From an uncultured Solirubrobacterales bacterium (lineage in GTDB: Bacteria > Actinomycetota > Thermoleophilia > Solirubrobacterales > Solirubrobacteraceae): 64,000 bases of DNA. Shown piece by piece: positions 11,878 to 21,168 of the stretch. Every line of letters begins with the position of its first letter. Within the stretch, counting starts at the first letter, position 1. The notes beneath the pieces are model-generated. The model was not told the DNA's origin and searched no databases. It was given only the letters and a program-made list of their open reading frames with translations. A program made the position numbers and the translations under genes. The stretch is taken from NCBI GenBank assembly GCA_963822855.1, contig CAWGJE010000005.1, positions 81,622 to 145,621 on the forward strand, in the 5' to 3' direction.

Positions 11878-11928
11878 GGTTGGGGCGGCCGTTCGGGGGC
11901 GGCGGCGAGCCGGCTTCGCCCGGTCCCA

Positions 11929-12750
11929 CTAACCCTTGAACGCGTTCCGAGCCGCGCGTCCGCCGGCCACACTCCGCTCGAGGTACCCGTACGTCCCCTG
12001 GTCCCGCAGCTCCTCAGCGGCGTCAACCAGCCCCGCCAGCGCCGCGAACGCGAACGCTCCGCCGACCGAGATCCGGGCGACCCCGAGCTCGGCCAACTCG
12101 GAGACGGTGGGGACACCCGGGACGGCGAGCACGCTGACGGGCCGGTCGACCGATTCGACGACCCTGCGGATGTCGTCGGGGGTCTTGATCCCGGGCGCGA
12201 ACAGGACGTCGGCGCCGGCGTCGGCGTAGGCCTGCAGCCGCGCGATCGTGTCGGCGAGATCGTCACGCCCTCGGATGTGGTTCTCGGCGCGCGCGGTGAG
12301 CACCAGCTTGACCGGCCCCGAGTGTGCGGCGTCGACCGCGGCCGCGACCCGTTCGCGAGCCTCGTCGAGTTCGTAGATCCGAGCGTTTTCGCCGCCGGAA
12401 TAGTCCTCAACCGAGCAGCCGGCCAGACCCGCCTGCACCGCGAGGCCGATCGTCTCGGCCACCCCGGCGGAGTCGTCGGCGAACGCGTTTTCGAGATCGG
12501 CTGACACCGGCACGTCGCTCCCCCGCGCAAGCTCGGCGGCGTGCGCCAGCGCCTCGTCACGGGTGACTCCCCCGTCGAGCCGCCCGAGTGTCGCCGCGTG
12601 CCCGCTGCTCGTGGTTGCGAGCGCCTGGAAGCCGAGCGACGCGAGCAGCGCCGCCGAGCCGAGATCCCAGGCGTTGGGCATGAGCAGCGGATCGCCGCGC
12701 CGGTGCAACTCCAGAAACCTCTTCGCCTGCTCCTGCTGAGTGTTGGTCAT
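11929..12750 (-). CDS. Isocitrate lyase/PEP mutase family protein
   Basis: PNAWDLGSA, LATTSSG, VSADLENAF, SVED, LTARAE, AGADVLF, RISVG. Confidence 0.9.
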   Translation of the reverse strand: MTNTQQEQAKRFLELHRRGDPLLMPNAWDLGSAALLASLGFQALATTSSGHAATLGRLDGGVTRDEALAHAAELARGSDVPVSADLENAFADDSAGVAETIGLAVQAGLAGCSVEDYSGGENARIYELDEARERVAAAVDAAHSGPVKLVLTARAENHIRGRDDLADTIARLQAYADAGADVLFAPGIKTPDDIRRVVESVDRPVSVLAVPGVPTVSELAELGVARISVGGAFAFAALAGLVDAAEELRDQGTYGYLERSVAGGRAARNAFKG

Positions 12751-12794
12751 GGGCGCCAGCCTAACGCCGGATCGTCCGCAGTAAAGTCGGCGAG

Positions 12795-13736
12795 GTGGCC
12801 TCGATCCGACAGACGCGCGACCCAGAGTTCGACACCGACGGATCGTTCCAGCGGCAGGTCAGCCAGTTCCTGCGCTGGGTCTCGGCCGACGGTGACAGCC
12901 AGTTCCCGCTGCAGGCCGGCCGTTATCACCTGTATGTGGCCCGAGCCTGCCCGTGGGCTCACCGCACGATCATCGCGCGTCGCCTGATGGGGCTCGAGGA
13001 AGCGATCGGGATCTCGTTCGTGGATCCAATCCGCGACGAGCGCGGATGGGCATTCACCGGAGGTGACTACGTCGACGACGTGAATAGCTTCGAGTACCTG
13101 AGCGAGGCGTACCTCGCGACCGATCCGAGCTACGCGGCCCGCGTCACCGTGCCGGTCCTGTGGGACAAGCAGGCGGGAGTGATCGTCTCCAACGAGTCCG
13201 CGGACATCTTGCGGATGCTGCACACGGTGTTCGCGCCGCTGGCCGAGCACGCGGTGGAGTTGCGACCCGAGGCGCTGGCCGACGAAATCGACGCGCTCAA
13301 CGACCGGATCTACGACAACGTCAACAACGCCGTGTACAAGGCGGGGTTCTCCAGCAGCCAGACGATCTACGAGCACGAGGTCGCCGGGTTGTTCTCGACC
13401 CTCGACGACCTCGACGAGCGACTCACCGAGCGGCGCTTTCTGTTCGGCCCCGAGCCGCTGGAGACCGATTGGCGGCTGTTCACGACGCTCGTCCGGTTCG
13501 ACGCCGTCTACCAGATCCACTTCAAATGCTCGCTGCGCAAACTGATCGAGTACGAGCACGTGTGGCCGTACGCTCGCGACCTCTATCAGTGGCCCGGCGT
13601 CGCTGACACCGTCGATTTCGACGAGATCCGCCGGCACTATTACCTGACTCACCCGATGATCAACCCGAGCGGGCTGGTCGCGGTGCGTCCGGCGGCAAGC
13701 TTCGACGCCCCGCCCGGACGCGAATCACTTCGCTGA
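12795..13736 (+). CDS. yqjG: Glutathionyl-hydroquinone reductase (YqjG/ECM4, GST Xi class)
   Basis: GRYHLYV..ACPWAHR, VTVPVLWDK, SNESADI, NNAVYKAGF, LVRFDAVY. Confidence 0.9.
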   Translation: MASIRQTRDPEFDTDGSFQRQVSQFLRWVSADGDSQFPLQAGRYHLYVARACPWAHRTIIARRLMGLEEAIGISFVDPIRDERGWAFTGGDYVDDVNSFEYLSEAYLATDPSYAARVTVPVLWDKQAGVIVSNESADILRMLHTVFAPLAEHAVELRPEALADEIDALNDRIYDNVNNAVYKAGFSSSQTIYEHEVAGLFSTLDDLDERLTERRFLFGPEPLETDWRLFTTLVRFDAVYQIHFKCSLRKLIEYEHVWPYARDLYQWPGVADTVDFDEIRRHYYLTHPMINPSGLVAVRPAASFDAPPGRESLR

Positions 13737-13740
13737 CCGG

Positions 13741-13760
13741 ACTCCTATGGACGTAGGAGT
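13741..13760 (+). terminator. Putative terminator hairpin after yqjG
   Basis: ACTCCTA-TGGACG-TAGGAGT, 4 nt after the stop. No U-tract. Confidence 0.4.
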
Positions 13761-13897
13761 ACCACGGCGCTGGGACCGGTTCCATTCGGAGGGTCGATCG
13801 CCGCGCGCGCGGTAAACTCCCACCCGGACGGGGGGAGTTGTGTCTGACCTCCCACAAGGGGGCTTGTGTTTGACGCTGACCAGGGGGAAATACTGGA

Positions 13898-16894
13898 TTG
13901 GTGGAGGGACGCCGCACTGACATATTGCTCGAACGCGGGCCCGAGCTACGGCGGATCCAGGAGGCGATCGGCCACGCGGGCACCGGGGCGGGCGGACTTG
14001 TGGTTATCGGTGGACCGGCGGGCATCGGGAAAACCGCGCTGTTGCAGGCGGCGGCCGACATGGCCGAGCGAGCCGGAGTGCGGGTCCTGCGTGCGCGTGG
14101 CAGCGACCTTGAGCAGGAGTTCGGCTTCGGAGTCGTACGCCAGCTGTTCGAGGCGCCTCTGGCACGCGCGGGGCCCGAAGGGCGCGCCGCACTCCTGCAA
14201 GGCGCGGCCGCGCTGGCGCGGCAGCTGTTCGAACCGGGTCCGGCCGAACCCGAGGGGACCGGAGACGGCCCGCGTTCTCGCCCCGACACCGGAGCCCGCA
14301 TTGGATCGCCGGCGACCCGTGGAGCGCCGACGGGACGTGGGACGTCGGCGGGTCGTGTGCCGCAGGTGCCCGCCGATCGCAGGTTCACACTGGTCCACAG
14401 CCTCTACCGGCTGACCACGAACATCTCCGCCACCGGTCCGGTCGCACTCGTGGTCGACGACTGCCACTGGGCCGATCCGCCGTCGCTCCGGTTCCTCGCC
14501 TACGTGAGCGCACGCTGCGACGAGCTGGGCGTGCTCGTGATCGTGACCGTCCGCGACGGGGAGCCGTCGACGGTGCAGGAACTGCTGGTCGCGTTGCGCG
14601 CCGACCCCCACGCGATCTTGATCGAGCCGGCGTCGCTCAGCCCGAATGCAGTCGCGACGCTCGTCCGATCCGCCCTCGGAGCGCACGCCGACGCCGATTT
14701 CTGCGCGGCCTGCGCGCGAGCCAGCGCCGGCAATCCGTTCCTGGTCAGGGAGCTGATCGCCGAGCTCGAAACCGAGCAGGTCGAGCCGGTGGCGTCGAGC
14801 GCCGCACGCGTCGAAAGCGTGCGTCCGGACTCGGTGTCCCGAGCTGTGGTGGCGCGGCTGAACCGGCTGGGCGCCGACTCGCGGAACCTTGCCCGTTCGG
14901 TTGCGGTGCTCGAAAGCGCCTCGCTCCGACAGGCGGGCTCGCTGGCCGGAATTCCGGGCGCTCGCGCGCGCCAGGCCGCCGACCGCCTGATCTCCGCGCA
15001 GATCCTCGCGCCATCGGCATCGCTGAGCTTCGTCCACCCTTTGATGCAGAGCGCGGTCTACGAGCGGATCCCCGCCGCCGCGCTCGCCGACGGTCACCGG
15101 CGGGCCGGCCTGATGCTTGGCGCGGAGGGCGCGCGCAGCACTCGGGTCGGCGCCCATCTGCTGCGAGGCGCGCCGGCGGGCGACCCGGCCGTGGTCGTCC
15201 TGCTGCGGGAGGCCGCGCGTGCCGCGCTCGCCGACGGCGCACCGGCCACGGCGGTCCGGCTGTTGCGGCGGACGCTGAGCGAGCCGCCCGCGAGCGACGC
15301 ACGCGGCGTGGTGCTCGGCGAGCTTGGCGAGGCCGAGGCGCTCGCGCGTGATCCGGCCGCGGCCGGCCACCTGCGCGAGGCACTTGAGCTCGTCGTCGCG
15401 CCGCCGATCCGGGTCAGGCTGACGCGCATCCTCAGCGAACTGCTCGTGTGGGACGGGCGCCCGGTCGAGGCGCACGGCGTGCTCGTCGACATGCTCCACG
15501 AGTTGGGGCCGACGGCGGCGCCGGCGCTACGCGCCCAGATCGAGGGGCTACGGGCACTCACGGCCTCGCTCGATCGGCGACTGGTCGCAGAGGTCGAGCC
15601 TCGGCTCCCCGCGTTGCGCGAGCTCGCCGTCGTGGCCGGCCCAGCCGGACGCGGCCTGCTCGTGTTCGACGCATGCTGGCGAGCGGCGCGCGAGCCACAT
15701 TCGGGCGACTGGCGTGAGCAGATGGATGCCGGACTCGATCGCGGTCGACTGGTCACTGAAGAGCCGACCGGTCCGCAGATGGCCAGATACGCGATCTCCA
15801 CCCTCGTGTTCGCCGACGAGGTGAGGCGAGCGCGGGAGCTGATCGAGGACGTCCGCGCCGACACGCTGTCGCGCGGCTCGATCGACGCCCACCTGTCGAG
15901 CCTGACCTGGGGCGCGATGCTGGCGCTGCGGTGTGGCGAACTGTCGAAGGCCGAAGCCGACGCATGCGCCGCGCTCGAGCTGGGCAACCGCCACCGGGTC
16001 TTGTGGGCGCGGATCTGGCCCGCGGCCTTCCTAGCCTTGGCCATGCTCGAGCGCGGGGCGGCTGAGGAGGCCGACGGCTTGCTCGGTCAGGCGCCGATCG
16101 AGGAGGCGCTCGACACCGTCGCCGCGGTCCACGCGTTGATGGCCCGCGCGGGGGTGCGCCTCGCGCTGGGGCGCACGGCCGAGGCGATCATGGATCTCCG
16201 CCGCGTCGGCGAGGCCACGATCCTCGACAACCCGAACAGTCTCGCGTGGCGATCGACACTCGCGCTGGCGATCGGCGCGCGCGAACCGGCGGAGGCGCAG
16301 GCGCTCGTCCACGCCGAACTCGAGCGAGCCAACCACTTCGCGCAACCCCGCGCGGTCGGGGTTGCTCTGCGCGCCCGCGGCGTGCTCGCAGGTGGTGAGG
16401 ACGGCATCGTGACGCTGGGACAGGCAATCGCCTGCCTCCGGCGCTCGCCGGCTCGCCTGGAGCTCGCCCGGACGCTGCACGACCTCGGCGCCGCGATGCG
16501 GCGCGCCGGCAAGCGGAGCGCCGCGCGCGAGCCGCTCCGCGAGGCGCTCAGCCTTGCTCAGCAATGCGGAGCGGTGACACTCGCGGCCCGGATCGACGGC
16601 GAGCTCGCGGCCACCGGGGTCCGACTCCGTCGTGACCGCTCCTCGGGGCGGGAAGCGCTCACGCCCGCCGAGCGGCGTGTCGCGGAGCTTGCCGCGAGCG
16701 GGTTGACCAACCGGGAGATCGGCCAGACCCTGTTCGTGTCGGTCAAGACCGTCGGGACCCACCTCGGGCACATCTACGAGAAGCTCGACTTACAGGGGCC
16801 ACAGGCGCGTGAGCAGCTGGGCGAGCTGCTCAGCGCTAACGGGATCGCCACCGCTGATCGAGCCGAGACGCTGGACGGGGCTCAGCGCGGCTAG
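13898..16894 (+). CDS. LAL-type (AAA ATPase-LuxR HTH) transcriptional regulator
   Basis: Walker A GPAGIGKT, Walker B VVDDCHWAD, GNPF, and C-terminal LTPAERRVA..GLTNREIG..LFVSVKTV. Confidence 0.92.
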   Translation: MVEGRRTDILLERGPELRRIQEAIGHAGTGAGGLVVIGGPAGIGKTALLQAAADMAERAGVRVLRARGSDLEQEFGFGVVRQLFEAPLARAGPEGRAALLQGAAALARQLFEPGPAEPEGTGDGPRSRPDTGARIGSPATRGAPTGRGTSAGRVPQVPADRRFTLVHSLYRLTTNISATGPVALVVDDCHWADPPSLRFLAYVSARCDELGVLVIVTVRDGEPSTVQELLVALRADPHAILIEPASLSPNAVATLVRSALGAHADADFCAACARASAGNPFLVRELIAELETEQVEPVASSAARVESVRPDSVSRAVVARLNRLGADSRNLARSVAVLESASLRQAGSLAGIPGARARQAADRLISAQILAPSASLSFVHPLMQSAVYERIPAAALADGHRRAGLMLGAEGARSTRVGAHLLRGAPAGDPAVVVLLREAARAALADGAPATAVRLLRRTLSEPPASDARGVVLGELGEAEALARDPAAAGHLREALELVVAPPIRVRLTRILSELLVWDGRPVEAHGVLVDMLHELGPTAAPALRAQIEGLRALTASLDRRLVAEVEPRLPALRELAVVAGPAGRGLLVFDACWRAAREPHSGDWREQMDAGLDRGRLVTEEPTGPQMARYAISTLVFADEVRRARELIEDVRADTLSRGSIDAHLSSLTWGAMLALRCGELSKAEADACAALELGNRHRVLWARIWPAAFLALAMLERGAAEEADGLLGQAPIEEALDTVAAVHALMARAGVRLALGRTAEAIMDLRRVGEATILDNPNSLAWRSTLALAIGAREPAEAQALVHAELERANHFAQPRAVGVALRARGVLAGGEDGIVTLGQAIACLRRSPARLELARTLHDLGAAMRRAGKRSAAREPLREALSLAQQCGAVTLAARIDGELAATGVRLRRDRSSGREALTPAERRVAELAASGLTNREIGQTLFVSVKTVGTHLGHIYEKLDLQGPQAREQLGELLSANGIATADRAETLDGAQRG

Positions 16895-16911
16895 CGGCGC
16901 TGAGCCCCGTC
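16874..16911. repeat. Near-perfect 38-bp palindrome centred on CTAG over the LAL stop codon
   Basis: GACGGGGCTCAGCGC-GGCTAGCG-GCGCTGAGCCCCGTC. Confidence 0.7.
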
Positions 16912-16963
16912 GGACTTAGCCCCCAAGCCACGCCACCTGCGTGACCAGTGAACGGCGCCCCCT

Positions 16964-17149
16964 TCAAATTCGTTCTCGCGCAAGCGACTGGAGGAAGATG
17001 ACCTGTCCGATGCTCGACTGCCAGGCAAGATCGGGATCGGGTCCGACGGCCTCGTTCGGCATCGGCAACGCCGGCGGCTGACCTAGCGCTGCGACCGGGG
17101 GCGGCAGCGCCGTCAGCGGCAGACCGACTGACCCAACTGTCTCATGCAC
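16964..17149 (-). CDS. Candidate small Pro-rich protein (61 aa)
   Basis: Only sizeable ORF filling the 350-bp gap. GTG at 17149. No recognisable family. Confidence 0.3.
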   Translation of the reverse strand: MHETVGSVGLPLTALPPPVAALGQPPALPMPNEAVGPDPDLAWQSSIGQVIFLQSLARERI

Positions 17150-17243
17150 GCGAAGATCATCTCGTGCCGACCGGGCCCCTCGCATCGGGACCCCACCTGA
17201 TTTTTGGCACTAGGGTGCGGTCAGTGACGAGCGCCGGCGCGCA

Positions 17244-18410
17244 TCAATGGTGCCGCCGGCGCCGGCGGCGCGCCATCAGCAGCACGACCGCGACCCCAGC
17301 CGCGGCGACCGGAGCCGGATTGCGCTTGACGCGCCCCCACACGACCGAGCCCATCAGCGACAGCCCCTGCATCGGCTCGCTCGGCATCGGTGGGTTGTCG
17401 AGCGGCGGTGGCGGTGGCGGTGGCGCGACGGGGGGCGGCTCGTGGGGCGGCGGCGGTTCGTGCGCGGCCGCTTCGGCCATCGCCGGTTCGGCGTAGGCGG
17501 GGACCGCGGGCTCCGGCTCGGGCTCAGGCGTCGGCGCAGCGGGCTCGGGCGTCGGCGCGGTGGGCTCGGGCGTCGGCGCAGCGGGCTCGGGCGTCAGCGC
17601 GGTGGGCTCGGACGGCGCCGCAGCGGGCTCAGGCTCGTGCGTCGGCTCGAACGGGGCCGGCGCGGTCGACTCGGCCGCAGCGTCCTCGGCGTGCGCGGGT
17701 GGCTCCGGCGGTGCCCAGGCCGGTGGGGCAGGCTCCTCCGGCGGTGCGGCGGGCGGCTCTGGCGGTGCGGCGGGCGGCTCCTCCGTCCGCGCCCACGCCG
17801 GCGCCACCGGCGCCTCCTCCGGCGCAGACGGCGCCGGCGCCACCGGCTCCTCCGCCGGCGACGAGGACGACGAGACCACGGTCTCGGCCCGCGACGTATC
17901 CGCGGACGCCACCTGCTCCTCCACGGGCTCCTGCGCCGGCGCGGCAGAGGTCTGTGGCTGCGCGTCCAGCGAGGTCTGGAGCCGCTTGGCGAACTCCCTG
18001 AGCAGCCTCGCCGAGATGTCCTCGATCATCCCGCCACGGCCGAAACGGGCAAGCCGCCCGGTGATGTGGTAATCGGTCACGACGTCGACGCGGGTCCCCT
18101 GCCCATCAATCGGCGCCACCCTCGAGAGGATCGTCGCCTTCGCGCCACCCTGGCCGCGCTTGTCGGTCCCCTGGGCCTGCATGGTCGCGGTGTGCGACGC
18201 CTCGTCGATGTTTTCCATCTCGAGCCTGCCGGTGTAGGAAGCCGTCGTCGGGCCGATCTTCACCGTGAACGTTCCGTTGTAGCTGCCATCGTCGTTGCGG
18301 CCGGTGACCGCGGCTCCGGGCAAGCAGGGTGCGACGTGCTCGACGTCGACCAGCGTCTGCCACACCTGCTCGAGCGGTGCGGCTACCTCAAACGACTGCT
18401 CTAGCCTCAT
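17244..18410 (-). CDS. coxG: CoxG-family SRPBCC protein with long Pro/Glu/Ala linker and C-terminal membrane anchor
   Basis: MRLEQSFEV..VAPCLPGA..VKIGP..ITGRLARFGRGG. C-terminus is VAAAGVAVVLLMARRRRRR. Confidence 0.88.
   Translation of the reverse strand: MRLEQSFEVAAPLEQVWQTLVDVEHVAPCLPGAAVTGRNDDGSYNGTFTVKIGPTTASYTGRLEMENIDEASHTATMQAQGTDKRGQGGAKATILSRVAPIDGQGTRVDVVTDYHITGRLARFGRGGMIEDISARLLREFAKRLQTSLDAQPQTSAAPAQEPVEEQVASADTSRAETVVSSSSSPAEEPVAPAPSAPEEAPVAPAWARTEEPPAAPPEPPAAPPEEPAPPAWAPPEPPAHAEDAAAESTAPAPFEPTHEPEPAAAPSEPTALTPEPAAPTPEPTAPTPEPAAPTPEPEPEPAVPAYAEPAMAEAAAHEPPPPHEPPPVAPPPPPPPLDNPPMPSEPMQGLSLMGSVVWGRVKRNPAPVAAAGVAVVLLMARRRRRRHH
17520..17624 (-). repeat. Five imperfect 21-bp tandem repeats within coxG (EP[AT]A[PL]TP-like units)
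   Basis: GGGCTCGGGCGTCGGCGCAGC-type units at 17520, 17541, 17562, 17583 and 17604. Confidence 0.85.
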
Positions 18411-18969
18411 GACGTATCGCCTCCAGGTCTTCGGGGGTGTCGACATCGCGCTCTGCGCTCAGGCGTCCGCATTCGATCGTGGCGCCGCCGCGCAACAGCT
18501 CGCGGGCGCCGCGGTCGCCGTGCAACCGGGCGATCGCGCGCATCTGAACGGGGCCGAGCACGACGGGGTGTCCCGGGCGTCCGTCGTAGGTGGCGCGGGT
18601 GCCGGGTGGCTCCTCGAGGAAGCGCGCGATCAGCTCAGGCCGGATCCGGGGCTGGTCGCCCAGCGTCACGATCACCTTGTTCACATGGGCCCCGTCGGTC
18701 AGATACTCGATCCCGCACCGGACCGAAGCGGCCTGGCCCTCGGCCCAGCGCTCGCAGATGACCGGCTCCGCCCGCTTGAAGTCGACCCGGGACATGATCT
18801 CCTCTCCATACGCTCCCAGCACGACCGCGATCCGCTCGAGTTTGGCCACCGCGCACTGCGCGGCAATCGCATGGTCCAGCAGCGGACGGCCGTCGAGGTT
18901 GGCCAGTTGCTTCGGCTTGTCTCCGAACCGGGTGCCGGCGCCGGCGGCGAGGATCAGGCCGCAGATCAA
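18388..18969 (-). CDS. mocA: Molybdenum cofactor cytidylyltransferase (MocA-like NTP transferase)
   Basis: LILAAGAGTRFG..KQL, LGDQP, PGHPV, GDRGAR, DVDTPED, within a cox cluster. Confidence 0.85.
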   Translation of the reverse strand: MICGLILAAGAGTRFGDKPKQLANLDGRPLLDHAIAAQCAVAKLERIAVVLGAYGEEIMSRVDFKRAEPVICERWAEGQAASVRCGIEYLTDGAHVNKVIVTLGDQPRIRPELIARFLEEPPGTRATYDGRPGHPVVLGPVQMRAIARLHGDRGARELLRGGATIECGRLSAERDVDTPEDLEAIRHEARAVV

Positions 18970-20018
18970 GCGGGGACCTCGTGGATCCGTCCCTTGGTTT
19001 CCGCGAGCCGCCCTCCATCACGGCCGTGCCTGGCCGCGACGATCTCGGCCAGAATCGAGAGCGCGGTCTCCTCGCGGCTGATCCCGCCGAGATCGAGCCC
19101 GACCGGGGCGGAGATCCGCTCGAGCTCGTCCTCGCCAAGTCCAAGCTCTAGGAGGCGCTCGCGGCGCTTGGCCTGCGCGCGGCGCGATCCCATCGCGCCG
19201 ATGAACCGGGCGGGCGAGCTCAACGCCAGGAGTAGCGCGGCATCGTCGAGCTTCGGATCGTGCGTGAGCACCACGATCGACGTCGCCGGATCGACACCGC
19301 CGAGCTGCGCGACCGCCTCCTCGGGCCACGCCGCGATCACCTGCTCGGCGTCGGGAAACCGGTCCGGGGTCGCGAACCGCGCACGCGGGTCGATCACGTA
19401 CGGACGCCAGCCGGCGGCGCGCGCGAGCGAGCACAGCGAAGACGCGATGTCGACCGCTCCGAACACGATCAGCCGCGGCGGCGGAGCGACCACGTCGATG
19501 AACATCCCGTCGCGGCGCTCGGACGTCTCGGCCCACAGCTGCTCGATCGCCACGCGGGCGGCGTCGTCGTCGATCTCCGGCGCGCCCAGCGAGCCCAAAC
19601 GCGCCCCGTCCGCCTCCACGAGCAGCTTCGCGCCGGGAGAAGCGCCTTCCAGAACCGTCACCTCGGCCGCCCGGCCGTCGGCGCGCGCGATCTCTTCGAA
19701 CCGGCCGGGTTCGTATGCCTGCACCCACACGTCGATCTCACCGCCGCACGGTAGCCCGACGTCCCACGCGTCGGAGTCGGCGATCCCGAAGTGGACAAGT
19801 TGAGGCGGGTCGCCGCGCAGGATCCCGTCGGCGATCTCGGCCACCGCGCCCTCGACGCAGCCACCTGACACCGAGCCCGCGATCTCACCATGCTCGTTGA
19901 CGGCCATCTTCGCGCCCGGGGGGCGAGGCGCGGACCGCTGCACGTCGATCACGGTGGCGAGGGCAATCCGGTCACCTCGCGCTTTCCAAACCTCGATCTC
20001 GGACAGAACCTCTTTCAT
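18966..20018 (-). CDS. xdhC: XdhC/CoxI/CoxF family Moco-insertion chaperone
   Basis: SAPRPPGAKM, GSVSGGCVE, VGLPCGG, LTHDPKLD, IGAMGSRR, PVGLDLG..ETALSI. Confidence 0.9.
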   Translation of the reverse strand: MKEVLSEIEVWKARGDRIALATVIDVQRSAPRPPGAKMAVNEHGEIAGSVSGGCVEGAVAEIADGILRGDPPQLVHFGIADSDAWDVGLPCGGEIDVWVQAYEPGRFEEIARADGRAAEVTVLEGASPGAKLLVEADGARLGSLGAPEIDDDAARVAIEQLWAETSERRDGMFIDVVAPPPRLIVFGAVDIASSLCSLARAAGWRPYVIDPRARFATPDRFPDAEQVIAAWPEEAVAQLGGVDPATSIVVLTHDPKLDDAALLLALSSPARFIGAMGSRRAQAKRRERLLELGLGEDELERISAPVGLDLGGISREETALSILAEIVAARHGRDGGRLAETKGRIHEVPA

Positions 20019-20022
20019 GACT

Positions 20023-21168
20023 CTAGATCTCCTCAAGGATGACAGCTAGCTGCTCGAGCGAGGCGAGCGAGTTGCCCGCGAGCAACTCGTCCGTGTGCGG
20101 GATCGCAGCCCGCATGCCACGGGTGAGCGGCGCGAATTCCGGGTGAGCGGCCAGCGGGTTCAACCACACCAGACGGTGGGCGCTGCGCCGAAGGCGCGCC
20201 ATCTCGGCCCATAGCTCCTCCGGCTCTCCGCGATCCCACCCATCGGACAGGATCACCACCACCGCGCCGCGCCCGACCCGGCGTCCGTGGTCACGATTCA
20301 ACGTAGCGAGCGCGGAACCGATCCGGGTACCCCCCGAGAAGTCGGTCACCGCCTCCGCGGCGCGCTCCAAAGCACGATCGTGGTCACGGCCGCCGAGCTC
20401 ATGGGTGATCCGGGTCAACCGCGTGCCGAACGCGAACGCCTCGACCCGGCGGCGCGCAGCCACGGAAGCGTGCAGGTACTGGAGCAGCATCCGCGCGTAC
20501 GGGGTCATCGATCCCGACACGTCGCACACGAGCACCACCGGCCTCGGGCGGCGCGAGGGCGCGCGCCAGTGCCGGTCGATCGGCTCTCCCGCGGTGCGCA
20601 ACGAAGCGCGCACGACGCGCCGCAGATCGGGCGTATGGCCACGGCGGCGAGACGGACGCGTTCGACGGGAGAGCCGGGTAGGCCCGCGCCGCGCGAGCTG
20701 CGCGATCAGCAGCCGGGCGAGCGCCATCTCGGCGTCCGTGTACGTGGCGAAGTCCTTGTGGCGCAGGAGCTCGACGTCGCTCCACGCGGACGGCACCGGG
20801 CTCAGCTCGCCGCCGTCGGAGGGAGGGGGCGGAGCTCCGCCGGTCGCCAGCCCGGCGTGGGGCAGCGCTTCTCTCTCGATCCCGCCGAGCTCGTCGAACG
20901 GAGACTGCCCGATCGGACGGCCGCTCCCGTACACCGCCATGAACGCGAGATCGAACTTCGCAAGATCTCCCCGATCGGAGCACAGCACCGCCCGCAGCGC
21001 GAGCCGCGCGTCCTCGCGCGACGTGCAATCGACCGCCTCGAGCGCCTCGTGCGCAGTCAACAGCTCTCCCATGCCGACGCGCGATCCCTGCGCTCGCAGA
21101 ACAGCCGCGAGCTCGGCGAGCCCACTTGTGACGCCCTCGGCGAGCTCCGGCGCGACCGGCTCAGACAC
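20023..21168 (-). CDS. coxE: CoxE VWA-domain protein
   Basis: CDVSGSM, FAFGTRLTRIT, GGTRIG, ILSDGWD, VWLNPL. Confidence 0.9.
   Translation of the reverse strand: MSEPVAPELAEGVTSGLAELAAVLRAQGSRVGMGELLTAHEALEAVDCTSREDARLALRAVLCSDRGDLAKFDLAFMAVYGSGRPIGQSPFDELGGIEREALPHAGLATGGAPPPPSDGGELSPVPSAWSDVELLRHKDFATYTDAEMALARLLIAQLARRGPTRLSRRTRPSRRRGHTPDLRRVVRASLRTAGEPIDRHWRAPSRRPRPVVLVCDVSGSMTPYARMLLQYLHASVAARRRVEAFAFGTRLTRITHELGGRDHDRALERAAEAVTDFSGGTRIGSALATLNRDHGRRVGRGAVVVILSDGWDRGEPEELWAEMARLRRSAHRLVWLNPLAAHPEFAPLTRGMRAAIPHTDELLAGNSLASLEQLAVILEEI

Noticed and set aside
17520-17624. CRISPR-like repeat array
   Set aside because: The 21-bp units are contiguous, lack spacers and encode a Pro-rich linker. 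No cas genes are present.
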